The translations under genes and the position numbers were made by a program. The notes below the pieces were generated by a model. The model did not search any database. It had not been told where the DNA came from and saw only the letters and a list, made by a program, of their open reading frames with translations. DNA of 64,000 nt. It comes from an uncultured Candidatus Saccharibacteria bacterium (lineage in GTDB: Bacteria > Patescibacteriota > Dojkabacteria > J137). Positions 9,403 through 19,367 of the stretch are shown here, one piece after another; position 1 is the first letter of the stretch, and each line of letters opens with the position of its first letter. The stretch spans positions 178,799-242,798 of the forward strand of contig CAZLOI010000001.1 of assembly GCA_964561155.1 (NCBI GenBank), given 5' to 3'.

Positions 9403-10179
9403 TTACTCAATTTCAGCAAAAGGAATCGTTACTTCTGGGTTACCTAAAGCACCTGCTGCTACTTGATACTTATCAAAAACAATAATTAAAGTAGCTTCAT
9501 CGAATACAAATGTTCTGTAATTCTCTTCATCTGCAGCAGCTCCTGACTCGATTTGGTCGTGTAGAGAAGGATCTGTTAGATTGTCCTTTAATATCTCAAT
9601 CGACCTTTCTGAAACCTGTGCTAGGTAGTCTTCTGTATCTGGGAATAAGTCCTCCATATCCATGAATTCTTGGGAAAGAAGATCATAGTTAACAGGAATA
9701 ATTCCTGAGTTTCCAGTTCCACCAAGCAAGTTTACAGAGTAGTTGATTCGAACACTTAAGAATCTATTTCTGTTCATGTATACATCGTATGAAGATGAAC
9801 CAAAAGATCTAAAGTTCATATCTGTACTTTCAGATATTATTGGGTCTACATACTCAGCTATTGCATCTTCTACATATGTATTTAGTTCCGCTTCTGCAGC
9901 TTCATTTGAACAGCTAAATACTGGGTATGTGAAGTCGTAGTCATATAGTTCTTCATCTGCTTGTTGATTACCTGAGTCTATGTCGCAAGTGACTAGTTCA
10001 TCGTAGACTATTAGATCCTTGTCATCATCTTCAGTCTCTGTATCGTCTTGTGATGAGTTGCTATCTACTAGTGTTGATTTATTCTGTGAATCGGCAATCA
10101 TTAAAGTTACTACTACTGTTGTAGCTATAACTAGTATTAAGGCTAATATTATTCCTAAAACAATTAAAGTTTTTTTCAT
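9403..10179 (-). CDS. membrane-anchored extracytoplasmic protein, DUF3298/DUF4163 (RsiV-like) architecture
   Basis: N-terminal TM, an acidic linker, and a C-terminal segment (TFVFDEATLIIVFDKYQVAAGALGNPEVTIPFAEI) resembling the DUF3298 C-terminal signature. Confidence 0.35.
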   Translation of the reverse strand: MKKTLIVLGIILALILVIATTVVVTLMIADSQNKSTLVDSNSSQDDTETEDDDKDLIVYDELVTCDIDSGNQQADEELYDYDFTYPVFSCSNEAAEAELNTYVEDAIAEYVDPIISESTDMNFRSFGSSSYDVYMNRNRFLSVRINYSVNLLGGTGNSGIIPVNYDLLSQEFMDMEDLFPDTEDYLAQVSERSIEILKDNLTDPSLHDQIESGAAADEENYRTFVFDEATLIIVFDKYQVAAGALGNPEVTIPFAEIE

Positions 10180-10237
10180 GCGTTTTTATTAACTATTAGA
10201 ATGTATAATTATCATATCAGTTTTTACGACCCAAGAC

Positions 10238-11062
10238 ATGTTTTTTAAAGAAAAGGAGTTAGGACTTTTTGATTCACACGCTCATTTAAATTCTACTGAG
10301 TTCGACAAAGATTTAGAGGATGTTGTTTCAAGAAGTATAGACTCGGATGTTACAAGAATTGTAGATATCGCTGTTGATTTGGTTTCATCAAGAAAGAGTA
10401 TATCGATTGGAAAACGATTTCCAGATGTTGTTTATGCAACTGTTGGTATTGACCCAGAAACACAGGTACCAGGCTCTTCCTTGTATACGAATGTTTCTGA
10501 TATTGAATCTTATACGCAAAATTGTTTCTCTGATTTGTTCAAGCTGATTGAAGAGAATATAGATACTGTAGTTGGTATTGGAGAAACGGGTGTAGATACA
10601 TATTGGATTAAGAAATCGGCAGTATCAGTTTCTGAACAAGAAGCATCTTTAAAGAAACAGCTAGCTCTATTAAATATTCATATAGAACTTGCTAATCATT
10701 TCAATCTCCCCCTTACAATTCATTCTAGAGGATATGAATCTGAGTTGATTGAGGTTCTTAAGAATAGAAATGTTACAGGAGTTTTTCATTCATATACTGG
10801 AAATCTTGAAACAGCAAAAAAGATTTTAGATTCCGGGTTTGGTTTAGGAGTTAACGGCATTCTAACTTTCAAGAATGCAGATGACTTAAGAAGTGTATAT
10901 AAAAGTATTTTGGGTGGAACCAAGATTGAATCTCCCAATGATTTGTATTCAAGAAATATATTTCTAGAAACAGATGCACCATATCTTTCACCTAAGAGAG
11001 GAGAGAGGAATGAACCAAGTAATGTTTCAGATATATTTAAGTTTATTCAGGAGAACCTTTAG
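10238..11062 (+). CDS. tatD: TatD-family metal-dependent hydrolase (DNase)
   Basis: FDSHAHL metal-binding start, [25 protein letters not shown] and ETDAPYL motifs in canonical order. Confidence 0.8.
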   Translation: MFFKEKELGLFDSHAHLNSTEFDKDLEDVVSRSIDSDVTRIVDIAVDLVSSRKSISIGKRFPDVVYATVGIDPETQVPGSSLYTNVSDIESYTQNCFSDLFKLIEENIDTVVGIGETGVDTYWIKKSAVSVSEQEASLKKQLALLNIHIELANHFNLPLTIHSRGYESELIEVLKNRNVTGVFHSYTGNLETAKKILDSGFGLGVNGILTFKNADDLRSVYKSILGGTKIESPNDLYSRNIFLETDAPYLSPKRGERNEPSNVSDIFKFIQENL

Positions 11063-11084
11063 TTTAATTAAATTGAAAACGTAT

Positions 11085-11375
11085 ATGATGAATAGTTTAA
11101 TGAACTTGTTTTTAAAAGTAGTACATTTTCTTTTTCATCTTCCAAAGAGATTGGCTCTTCTTTTAATTTGGATATACCAGAAAACAATTTCTCTAGATCA
11201 TTCGACACTAGGTAAAGCAATGGGTGTTAAGGTGTGTATTCATGATCCTTCATGCTCTATGTACACATACGAAGCTATAGAAAAGTATGGGTTTCTAAAA
11301 GGTGGTTGGTTAGGATTCTTAAGAATCCTACGATGTGCTCCTTGGGGTAGAGGAGGATATGATCCTGTTCCTTAG
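11085..11375 (+). CDS. yidD: membrane protein insertion efficiency factor YidD
   Basis: CxxxPSCSxY...AI...G...G..L...RI.RC.PW..GG.DPVP signature ([45 protein letters not shown]). The ORF track starts at 10974; the internal Met at 11085 is preferred because it avoids overlap with tatD. Confidence 0.75.
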   Translation: MMNSLMNLFLKVVHFLFHLPKRLALLLIWIYQKTISLDHSTLGKAMGVKVCIHDPSCSMYTYEAIEKYGFLKGGWLGFLRILRCAPWGRGGYDPVP

Positions 11376-11376
11376 T

Positions 11377-13689
11377 TTATTCATATCTTAACGCATTCAA
11401 AGCAGATATCCTTGTAGCTCTTCTAGCAGGATATAAACCTGTAATAACACCTATTATACATGCAAGGATTAGTATCCCTAGAATAGTTCCAATAGGCATA
11501 TAAGATAGAGACAAATATTCTCCACCTCTAGCAATTGAAACTGCAGAAATTACTAATGACAATATAAATCCTAGAGCTATACCTCCAATTATTCCTGCAA
11601 CACCTCCTGTAATACCCATTAGAACTGATTCTGCCAAGAACAATTCTCGTACTTCCTTTGACTTCATTCCAATAGCTTTCATCAAACCTACCTCTCTTGT
11701 TCTTTCAAGAAGAGACACCGTTAAAGTATTAAACATACCTAGAGATGCAACAAACAAAGCTATTCCTCCTAGGGCTGCAAATACAACTCTAATATTGCTA
11801 AAGAATTCCTCAATCTGAATTACGGTATCAACAATTGAAGTAGTAGTAAAACCCAACGATTCTATTCCTAACCTAATCTGCTGAACATTATCTTGAGAAT
11901 CTAATACTACTTTTAATTGTGAGAACTTGTTTATACCTAAAGGTTCTACATCGTTAATCGGTATATATGCCAATGGATTTGTACCTTCATCGGTAACTCC
12001 AACTATCTGGTATTTCATTGCAGTTGATCTAACCTTGGTCGTATTATCGATTAAATTACTAGTGACTATAAATTCTAGATCAACAGTTTGACCAATCGCA
12101 TCTTCTGGATTTAAGGCAAACAATTCAAGCATAGAACTATTCAGTATTACTTCGCTTGTAGCTTTGCCCTCTAAATCTACAATCTTTGTATTAGTTGTTT
12201 CCTCTTCTTCAGTTAGTACTCGATTTTCATCAGTGAGTATTATATTGTCTGCAAAAGTTACATCTTCTGATTTATTTTCAAAATATTCACCAGCTATTAG
12301 CGTTTCTTCTATATTTTCTAAATAGTTAGTCTTTACTGCATATATGACTGTCTCGGTTTGAGAATTATTACTCTTAACAATTCCTGCTATGCTAACAAGT
12401 GGAAAGACTTCTTTTACCCCCTCAAAACTTGAAATACTATTTACACTTTCATCCGTTAGAAAAATATTCGAGCTTATCGAAGGAATTGTATCCACTTGCT
12501 TTAATTCATTAAGAGAGGCAACTCTTGTAATGACTAAGTTTTCAAGTCCATAACCCAAAGAGATTAGTAATACAGTAAACGATATACCAACCGCAATACC
12601 TCCAATTGTGATTAGACTTCTTGATTTTTTAGAAATCAAATTATTCATAGAGAGACTTGCAAGATCTAGAAACTTAATTGTATTACCTTGTCTTTTATCA
12701 AGTACTTCAATCAGTGTATAAAGCCTCTGCGTAAATTTTGAATAGAGTGTCAGAAAAATATGTGGTATTAGCTTGTTTTTAAATATTTTAAATAGTAGTG
12801 AATCTAGCATGTAAATTGAAATTAGGAGCAACGTTTTCATTACAGATACCAGGTATACAGATACATGCTGAATCTTTTTTAGTAAACCCTCCCTTTTTGG
12901 GGATTGTATCTTTGTTTTAGATACTTGAGTTGGCTTTTGTACTACAGGCACTTCTAGTTTTTCAGTTAATAACTCATGTATCTGCTTGTCTGTATAACCT
13001 TGGGGATTTACAGTCCTAAGTATCTGACCGTCGAACATCTGCACAATCTTGTTTGAATAGTTAAGATTGTCCATGTTGTGAGTAACCATAACTATGGTCG
13101 TACCTTCCTGTGCTAGTTTCTTGAAGAGGGAGATAAGATCTAAACTACTTTTGTAGTCTAAGTTTCCAGTAGGCTCATCTGCGATTATTACTTTGGGTTC
13201 AGATACTAAAGCTCTTGCCAGACCGATCTTTTGCTGTTGTCCAGAAGATAGCTCAGAAGGATAATAGTCTACCCATTTTTCCATGCCTACTAAATCAATA
13301 ACTTTCTTTGCTTTGGCATAGGCTTCTTCTGTTCTGTAGCCCTTGAGCATTAGTGGAAATGCTACATTGACCATAACATTTGCAGATTGTATCCAGTTAG
13401 ACTGCTGATAGATTATTCCAATATTCGCTTTTCTGAATTCTGCTAGTTGATCATCATCAGCATTATTCATATTCACTCCGGCAAATTCTATGCTTCCACT
13501 GGTTGAAGATTCAAGTCCCATACAAATGTGGAGAAGGGTAGACTTACCGCATCCAGATGGACCAAAAAGAACAACAAAGTCTCCTTTGTTTATTTCTAAA
13601 TTCACGTCTTTAAGCACCCAAACATCTCCTGATTTTGTTTTGAAGATTTTGTTTACATTTTTTGCTTTTAGAATTGCTTCCTTTTCCAT
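11377..13689 (-). CDS. MacB-type ABC transporter, fused N-terminal ATPase and C-terminal FtsX-like permease
   Basis: Walker A GPSGCGKST, ABC signature LSSGQQQ and Walker B IIADEPTGNLD. These are followed by TM1, a large extracytoplasmic domain, and a C-terminal 3-TM FtsX-like bundle. The start codon overlaps the stop of the upstream giant gene (TAATG). Confidence 0.75.
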   Translation of the reverse strand: MEKEAILKAKNVNKIFKTKSGDVWVLKDVNLEINKGDFVVLFGPSGCGKSTLLHICMGLESSTSGSIEFAGVNMNNADDDQLAEFRKANIGIIYQQSNWIQSANVMVNVAFPLMLKGYRTEEAYAKAKKVIDLVGMEKWVDYYPSELSSGQQQKIGLARALVSEPKVIIADEPTGNLDYKSSLDLISLFKKLAQEGTTIVMVTHNMDNLNYSNKIVQMFDGQILRTVNPQGYTDKQIHELLTEKLEVPVVQKPTQVSKTKIQSPKREGLLKKIQHVSVYLVSVMKTLLLISIYMLDSLLFKIFKNKLIPHIFLTLYSKFTQRLYTLIEVLDKRQGNTIKFLDLASLSMNNLISKKSRSLITIGGIAVGISFTVLLISLGYGLENLVITRVASLNELKQVDTIPSISSNIFLTDESVNSISSFEGVKEVFPLVSIAGIVKSNNSQTETVIYAVKTNYLENIEETLIAGEYFENKSEDVTFADNIILTDENRVLTEEEETTNTKIVDLEGKATSEVILNSSMLELFALNPEDAIGQTVDLEFIVTSNLIDNTTKVRSTAMKYQIVGVTDEGTNPLAYIPINDVEPLGINKFSQLKVVLDSQDNVQQIRLGIESLGFTTTSIVDTVIQIEEFFSNIRVVFAALGGIALFVASLGMFNTLTVSLLERTREVGLMKAIGMKSKEVRELFLAESVLMGITGGVAGIIGGIALGFILSLVISAVSIARGGEYLSLSYMPIGTILGILILACIIGVITGLYPARRATRISALNALRYE

Positions 13690-16600
13690 TACAAGAAATT
13701 AAATATTCCAGTTAGATTCTTAATCACAATATCTAGTGCTGAGTCTGACCTCTTTGGAGTTATTACTACGTTTTCTGAGGAAGTAGTTATATTATCATTT
13801 TCATCTCGTGCTACTGCCCTTACTGTATAAACCTTTGCAGGTGATACATTTGAAATAATTACTGTATGGTTTCTCTTCAAACTCCTATCTATTGATGTTG
13901 TCTGTGCAAGTCCTCCTGCCAATCCTTCTCCATATTCCACTTGGCTTGAAGCTAGTTCATCAGTTTCCCAACTTACGATTATCTGAGCATTGTTATCTTC
14001 CTGACTACTAGTTAAGGTCGTTTCAACTTTCAAATTAGTTATTGTAGGAGGCCTTGTATCAGTAGCAGTTGTAAAGAAGAACTCTGTAGAAACAGCTTCA
14101 TTTCCTAATACATCTGTTCCCCTTATAACCATTCCATATTGTGTTGTAGGTAATAGACCCGTAACTTTCATCTTGTGTTCTTTTGTAGGAAGTATATCGA
14201 TCTCATCTTGTGTTAGCTGAGGAGAGGTAACGGGGTAGAAAGTTACTATAGATGTAATCTCAGTATTTGAGTCCCACGCAACTTCTACTGTTGGTTGAGC
14301 AGAGTTCTTCACTTCTTCAATCGTTACATTTTCAACTCTAGGTCTTGGTAGTGTTTGAAAGGTATAAACATCTCCTTCGTATTCGTATCCTTCAATATCA
14401 ACAAGGTTTATCTTGTATACATATTCACTATTATCATCCAAAGCACTTAGCTGCAACGTATAACTTGATTCTAACTGAGACACATTAATTTCGCTTAGTG
14501 ATGTAAACACTCCATTTTTTCCATAGAATAGTTTTGATTGAGTAGCATCGAGAGTTGTAAATCTAATCAAAGCATTATCTACACTAACTCGCTCTGCAAC
14601 AACTTTCTTAAGTACGGGAGCTGGATCTGTTGTAAACGACTTCTCTGTACTAATACCAATATTTCCATCTTCATCAGTCCATTTTGCTTTGTAGAAATAT
14701 GTTTTACCAGGTTCTAGGTTATTTAGAGTAATTGTGTGACCTGTAGTTTGATTAGAGATAGAAACTTCTTCAACGAAGTATGTATTGCTAGTCACTCCAT
14801 ATTGAACTCTTGAGTCTGAAGTTCTATCAGTTGTCCAATTAATTACTGCTTTTCTTGTAGTTGTTGCTGTTACTTCTGGTTCAGATAGTAGGAGTGCTGG
14901 TTCAATGAACTTACCTGTTGGAAACTCTGTTACGGTAGTGGAAACTGCTGAGCAGTTATTTGCACTGTCACATGCTCTTACGCAGTAATAATAATCCTGT
15001 TCTGCTAAACCTGAATCTACGTACGATGTACTATTTACTTCTGCTACTTTTGTAAATAAATTGAAATCTGAACTACAAGTTACATCACTCGAAGATCTGT
15101 AGACTGCATATTTAGAGACTCCAGCACCAATATCCATTGGTTGTCCCCAAGATAATGCTAATTTCCAATTCGAAAGTGATTTAACCGAGATATCTGCGAT
15201 ATCAAGTCCAGATATAATTCCAGGAGCAGATCCATTGTATGTAAATGTAGTACTTGCATAAGCATCATAGTTAATGTTGTTTGCTTCGTCCTTGGCAACA
15301 ATATATATTGTATTGCTTCCTGGTTGAGTAGCAAACGCATCAGCTTCTAAATCTGTAATACCACTGTCAGTGAAATTGCATGTATTTACACTAGGAATCG
15401 TGTTGATAGTGTAACAATAGACAATATTAGATACACTTCCAGTAAAAGTTACTGGAGCTTCCCATTCAAAGCTGTAGGCATTGGTTGTGTTGATGGATGG
15501 AGTAGCGGCCAAATTGAGTACCTGAGATGGAGCAATGGTATTGATTTTTAGTACACCATTTACACTTCCTGCACTAACATTTCCTGCGTTATCTATGGAT
15601 CTGAAATAGATATAGTTAATTCCTTCAATAAGAACCGGGTAGTCATAGGTTGCATCAGTTACATAAGATCCATCATTAGTTAGTACATCTGTATTATCTT
15701 CACTGGCTGTATGAAGATCTCCATACCAAGTTCCACTTTCTCCTATCTTGTACTGTAATCCTGCAAGTCCTGATTCATTGTCACTAGCTGTTCCTGGATT
15801 CCCTCCAAAAGGCCATGAAATAGTTACATTCTCTGTAGAAATAAAGTTTGAAGGCATTGATATAAACCCTGGAGAAGATGGTGCAGTACTGTCAAATCTG
15901 AAAGAAACTAAATCTTGATAATCTTCATTGCTTCCACTCCAGATATTCCCAGAAAGATCGACAGCTTTTAATGAAAGATAGTATTGCTTGTTTGTTGTAA
16001 GTGTAAGTCCTGGGACAGATGAGAGATCAAGAGAGTCGCCACTGGCAATGAATGGACAGAAAGATTCTGCAATACCATCATCTAATCCTTGTAATACTCC
16101 TGCTGTGATTTCTGGATTAAGTAGACTTGATGAACCTAAGTCTCCTTCATCGAGTGAAACACAATAGCCTAGTATTCCAGTACCACCAACGTTATCAGCT
16201 CCTTCTGTCCATGTTATTTCTGCTTCATTATTTATCCAATCACCATCGCTACTACCTGTAATTCCAACAGCACTGGCATTGGTAGTTGGATTTACTTGAT
16301 CCGATGGAGAATACCCTATACCAATATCGTTAAACACAGGGGTAGTTGCCTCGAGCGGTGTTAGAGTAACTCTATATTGAACATATCTATCTTCATCTTG
16401 AACGCACTCATTAGGTGTTAACTCAGCACCTGAACTAATATCTGAACATGAGTTCCAACTACTTGCATCTGATAAGTCAGATGCGTTTCCAGTTCTAACT
16501 TTCACTCCGATTGTTCCAGTTCCTGAAAATGTTAATAATTCCCAATCTGAAGGATACCCAGTATCGAATATATTTGAAGTAAGGACTCCAGTTGAATAAA

Positions 16601-17801
16601 CACTTTCTTCAGCACCAATAACACCTGTTGGCTCCGTTGTAGACCATTGTCTTACACGCAAATCATCAAAAAAGTGAGTTCCACCGGAATATGCAACAAT
16701 ACTTGGTCGTAGGTTTGTTTCTGTGGAGTATGAACTATTGTAAGCAGTTGTCCAATTTTGATTATCTATGCTTTGTTCGTAAAAGTTTCCACCAGCAGCT
16801 TTCATTCTTAGTCGGAATGAGTACTGTTGATCTAGAGTCCAAGGACCAACTACAGGAGATCTTTGTGTACCATCCTCATATACTGCCGATGGACAGCTTA
16901 CGGTACAGGTACCAGCTCCTGCGTTATAGTAGGCGTAGACTAAGTCTGTATAGGAAATACCAGACCCATTATCGTGCCAACCAAACATAATTGCATCGTA
17001 GGAAGCATTAGGATTTGTCCAAATATACTTACCTTCAAATACTATATTAGCTCTGGCATATGCTGTAGTTGAATATAAAGCATGTGTCCATGCTGCACCT
17101 ACAGACGACTGCACTCTCAATCTACCTGCAACAACACTGAAAACTGATGGATCATTTGTAGTCCATTTGCCTGAATCTATAGATCCACCGCTAAAGTCAT
17201 CGAAGAGTATAAATGTATTCACACCATTGCTAGCACTTGCTGCACCACTGTTTCCATAGTACATATAAATTGTAGTGGTAGTACTTGCAGCCAAACTATC
17301 TACCTTCACCCACACAGTAGAAGTGGATGAATCTACTTTCTGTTCTATCCAATAGGATAATTCTGTACCTGAAGAATTAGCAAACCTAATATCATCAAAG
17401 TCTGCCTGCATGTTTGAATCATAGTTAACTGTAAGTCGTGTCTGATAATTTGTGAGAGTAGAGGCCACAGCATTTGTTACTGTTACAGGTACTCGATTGC
17501 TCCATGATGTATATGAATTACTCCATCCTGCTGTTGGTAAAATGCTTATTTGACCAGCTACTGAATCGTTAATTGAAGTCGCAGATTCATAAGTAGTCAC
17601 TGTACCTGTTACAACGTCACTGCTTATTCCTCCAATCCAATTGGTTTGAGTCCATGTAGAATTTGCGAATACTATACTAGTAATTACTGGTACTAATACA
17701 AGTAGCGGTAATAGCACTGAAGATAATCTAAGCCATTTCTTCTTATCACTCTTCTTGTTTATTTTTATAGTAGTATATAGCTTTTTCGTAACAGGCAACA
17801 A
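13689..17801 (-). CDS. giant secreted/surface protein (1370 aa) with DUF2341/ConA-like lectin (LamG) N-terminal region and multiple FN3 / purple-acid-phosphatase-N-like repeats
   Basis: Signal anchor LSSVLLPLLVLVPVITSIVFA, a DUF2341-like block (VPVTVTNAVASTLTNYQTRLTVNY ... DDIRFANSSGTELSYWIE), and C-terminal repeated modules with TTxTxxW.TDE..SS.VEYG-like motifs. Rich in S/T/N/G. Confidence 0.55.
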   Translation of the reverse strand: MLPVTKKLYTTIKINKKSDKKKWLRLSSVLLPLLVLVPVITSIVFANSTWTQTNWIGGISSDVVTGTVTTYESATSINDSVAGQISILPTAGWSNSYTSWSNRVPVTVTNAVASTLTNYQTRLTVNYDSNMQADFDDIRFANSSGTELSYWIEQKVDSSTSTVWVKVDSLAASTTTTIYMYYGNSGAASASNGVNTFILFDDFSGGSIDSGKWTTNDPSVFSVVAGRLRVQSSVGAAWTHALYSTTAYARANIVFEGKYIWTNPNASYDAIMFGWHDNGSGISYTDLVYAYYNAGAGTCTVSCPSAVYEDGTQRSPVVGPWTLDQQYSFRLRMKAAGGNFYEQSIDNQNWTTAYNSSYSTETNLRPSIVAYSGGTHFFDDLRVRQWSTTEPTGVIGAEESVYSTGVLTSNIFDTGYPSDWELLTFSGTGTIGVKVRTGNASDLSDASSWNSCSDISSGAELTPNECVQDEDRYVQYRVTLTPLEATTPVFNDIGIGYSPSDQVNPTTNASAVGITGSSDGDWINNEAEITWTEGADNVGGTGILGYCVSLDEGDLGSSSLLNPEITAGVLQGLDDGIAESFCPFIASGDSLDLSSVPGLTLTTNKQYYLSLKAVDLSGNIWSGSNEDYQDLVSFRFDSTAPSSPGFISMPSNFISTENVTISWPFGGNPGTASDNESGLAGLQYKIGESGTWYGDLHTASEDNTDVLTNDGSYVTDATYDYPVLIEGINYIYFRSIDNAGNVSAGSVNGVLKINTIAPSQVLNLAATPSINTTNAYSFEWEAPVTFTGSVSNIVYCYTINTIPSVNTCNFTDSGITDLEADAFATQPGSNTIYIVAKDEANNINYDAYASTTFTYNGSAPGIISGLDIADISVKSLSNWKLALSWGQPMDIGAGVSKYAVYRSSSDVTCSSDFNLFTKVAEVNSTSYVDSGLAEQDYYYCVRACDSANNCSAVSTTVTEFPTGKFIEPALLLSEPEVTATTTRKAVINWTTDRTSDSRVQYGVTSNTYFVEEVSISNQTTGHTITLNNLEPGKTYFYKAKWTDEDGNIGISTEKSFTTDPAPVLKKVVAERVSVDNALIRFTTLDATQSKLFYGKNGVFTSLSEINVSQLESSYTLQLSALDDNSEYVYKINLVDIEGYEYEGDVYTFQTLPRPRVENVTIEEVKNSAQPTVEVAWDSNTEITSIVTFYPVTSPQLTQDEIDILPTKEHKMKVTGLLPTTQYGMVIRGTDVLGNEAVSTEFFFTTATDTRPPTITNLKVETTLTSSQEDNNAQIIVSWETDELASSQVEYGEGLAGGLAQTTSIDRSLKRNHTVIISNVSPAKVYTVRAVARDENDNITTSSENVVITPKRSDSALDIVIKNLTGIFNFL

Positions 17802-18224
17802 GAATAAATAGATATAGAAATCCCTATATTAGGTTACATCAAAAAAATACCATATACAAACACGTATAACTGTTTCCCTAATTCATTTGTTGTTTTTTTA
17901 GACTACTTTCTGTTAGTTTATTAAGCAAAATCTTTTTATAAGTAATTAGTACAAATAGTTAGGTTACACACAGCACATATTCCTTTAAATATAACCCGAT
18001 TGGTAATACTTATACATAAACACTTCGTATGATTCTCCACAATTGATAATTTAATAAACATCTTCTGTATTCACTTCAACCATGAACGTTAGTTAATTAA
18101 TCCACTTTAGTATCCACATAAAAATATCTTTGTTTCTCTGCTATAATTCTAGTGATCGGGGAACTTTTACACAAATACACATCCCCTATAACTAAAATTA
18201 ACTACTTATTATAAATATATAGTT
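17802..18224. other. candidate chromosomal replication origin (AT-rich, DnaA-box-like 9-mers) upstream of dnaN at a gene-strand switch
   Basis: DnaA-box-like 9-mers TTcTCCACA (18033..18041), TTAATCCAC (18096..18104) and gTATCCACA (18110..18118). Repeated AGGTTACA at 17831 and 17961, and long A/T runs. Genes to the left are nearly all minus strand and genes to the right plus strand. Confidence 0.35.
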
Positions 18225-19367
18225 ATGAAGATAACGTTAAGTCATGAGAAGTTGTCAAAACTCCTTATGTATACTAGTAGAGCAGTAAGTACCAAACCAA
18301 ACATACCAATACTCTCAAATGTGAAGATGGAAGTAGCAAAGAGCAACTTAAACCTCTCAGCTACCAACTTAGACATGGGGATAAACTTGTGGATACCTGG
18401 TGTGGTAGAAAGTGAGGGAAACCTTACTGTATCAGCAAAATTCATAGCTGATTTTGTTAACGCTTCGGGTGGAGAAAAAGTAGAACTAGAATTAAAGGAC
18501 AATGTATTGCTTGTAGAAACCGATAAATCAAAGGCTAACTTCAATATTATCCCTGCAGATGAGTTCCCAATAATGCCAAAACTACCTGAAACATCTTGGT
18601 TTAGAATCGATAAAAACGAATTCATAAAAACATTAGAAAAAGTATTGTTCGCATGTTCAACTGAATTAACTCCTGGAAAAGTACATATGTCTGGATGTTT
18701 AATTGAAATAGAGGAGGAACTAATATCTTTTGTAGGACTAGATGGTTTTAGACTTTCTAAAAGAACAGTTAAACCAATTGAACTAAATACACTAGAGAAC
18801 CAACCACAGATAATTGTTCCTGCAAAATACTTGAATGAATTGATAAAGATTTCTACAGATGCAACAGATGTTGAAGAAGTTGTTGTATACCTAAGTGACA
18901 ACAGATCTCAGATAATCTTTAAACTAGAAGAAATTGAATTCAGTATAAGACTTCTTGAGGGTCCATATTCAGACTACAAAAAGATAATGCCAGATAGCGC
19001 AACCTTTACATTTGAATTCAAAAGATCAGATCTAGAAAACGCTATAAAAGTTGTAAGTACATTCGCAAGAAGTAACCTAAACTATAAAACACTAGTGGAC
19101 TTTGATATTGAAAACAAGAACTTTAAGATGAGATCAAGCGTTACAGATGTTGGAGACAACGAAACAGAAGTAGAAATGCTTAACGCAGAAGCAGATACAG
19201 ATTTAAATGCAGCGTATAATCTAAAATATCTTCAGGATATTGTTGCTCATACAAAGGGAGATACGCTAAAGGTTGAAAGCAAAGGAGCACTAACAGCTAC
19301 TGTATTTAAAGATCTATCAGATGAAAACTTTGTTCATCTATTAATGCCACTAAGACGCGATGCTTAA
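18225..19367 (+). CDS. dnaN: DNA polymerase III beta subunit (sliding clamp)
   Basis: 380 aa. The N-terminus MKITLSHEKL...PILSNVKMEV...LNLSATNLDMGI follows the DnaN pattern MK.T..RE.L...L......PIL.N.L......L.L..TDLE. Confidence 0.85.
   Translation: MKITLSHEKLSKLLMYTSRAVSTKPNIPILSNVKMEVAKSNLNLSATNLDMGINLWIPGVVESEGNLTVSAKFIADFVNASGGEKVELELKDNVLLVETDKSKANFNIIPADEFPIMPKLPETSWFRIDKNEFIKTLEKVLFACSTELTPGKVHMSGCLIEIEEELISFVGLDGFRLSKRTVKPIELNTLENQPQIIVPAKYLNELIKISTDATDVEEVVVYLSDNRSQIIFKLEEIEFSIRLLEGPYSDYKKIMPDSATFTFEFKRSDLENAIKVVSTFARSNLNYKTLVDFDIENKNFKMRSSVTDVGDNETEVEMLNAEADTDLNAAYNLKYLQDIVAHTKGDTLKVESKGALTATVFKDLSDENFVHLLMPLRRDA

Noticed and set aside
10974-11084. Extended N-terminus of the yidD ORF overlapping tatD
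   Set aside because: YidD proteins are 70-100 aa. The internal Met at 11085 gives a normal-size protein without an 89-nt gene overlap.
18242-18901. 219-aa minus-strand ORF inside dnaN
   Set aside because: It is antisense to a confidently identified gene. Its Ser/Thr-rich low-complexity translation is typical of the reverse frame of AT-rich coding DNA.
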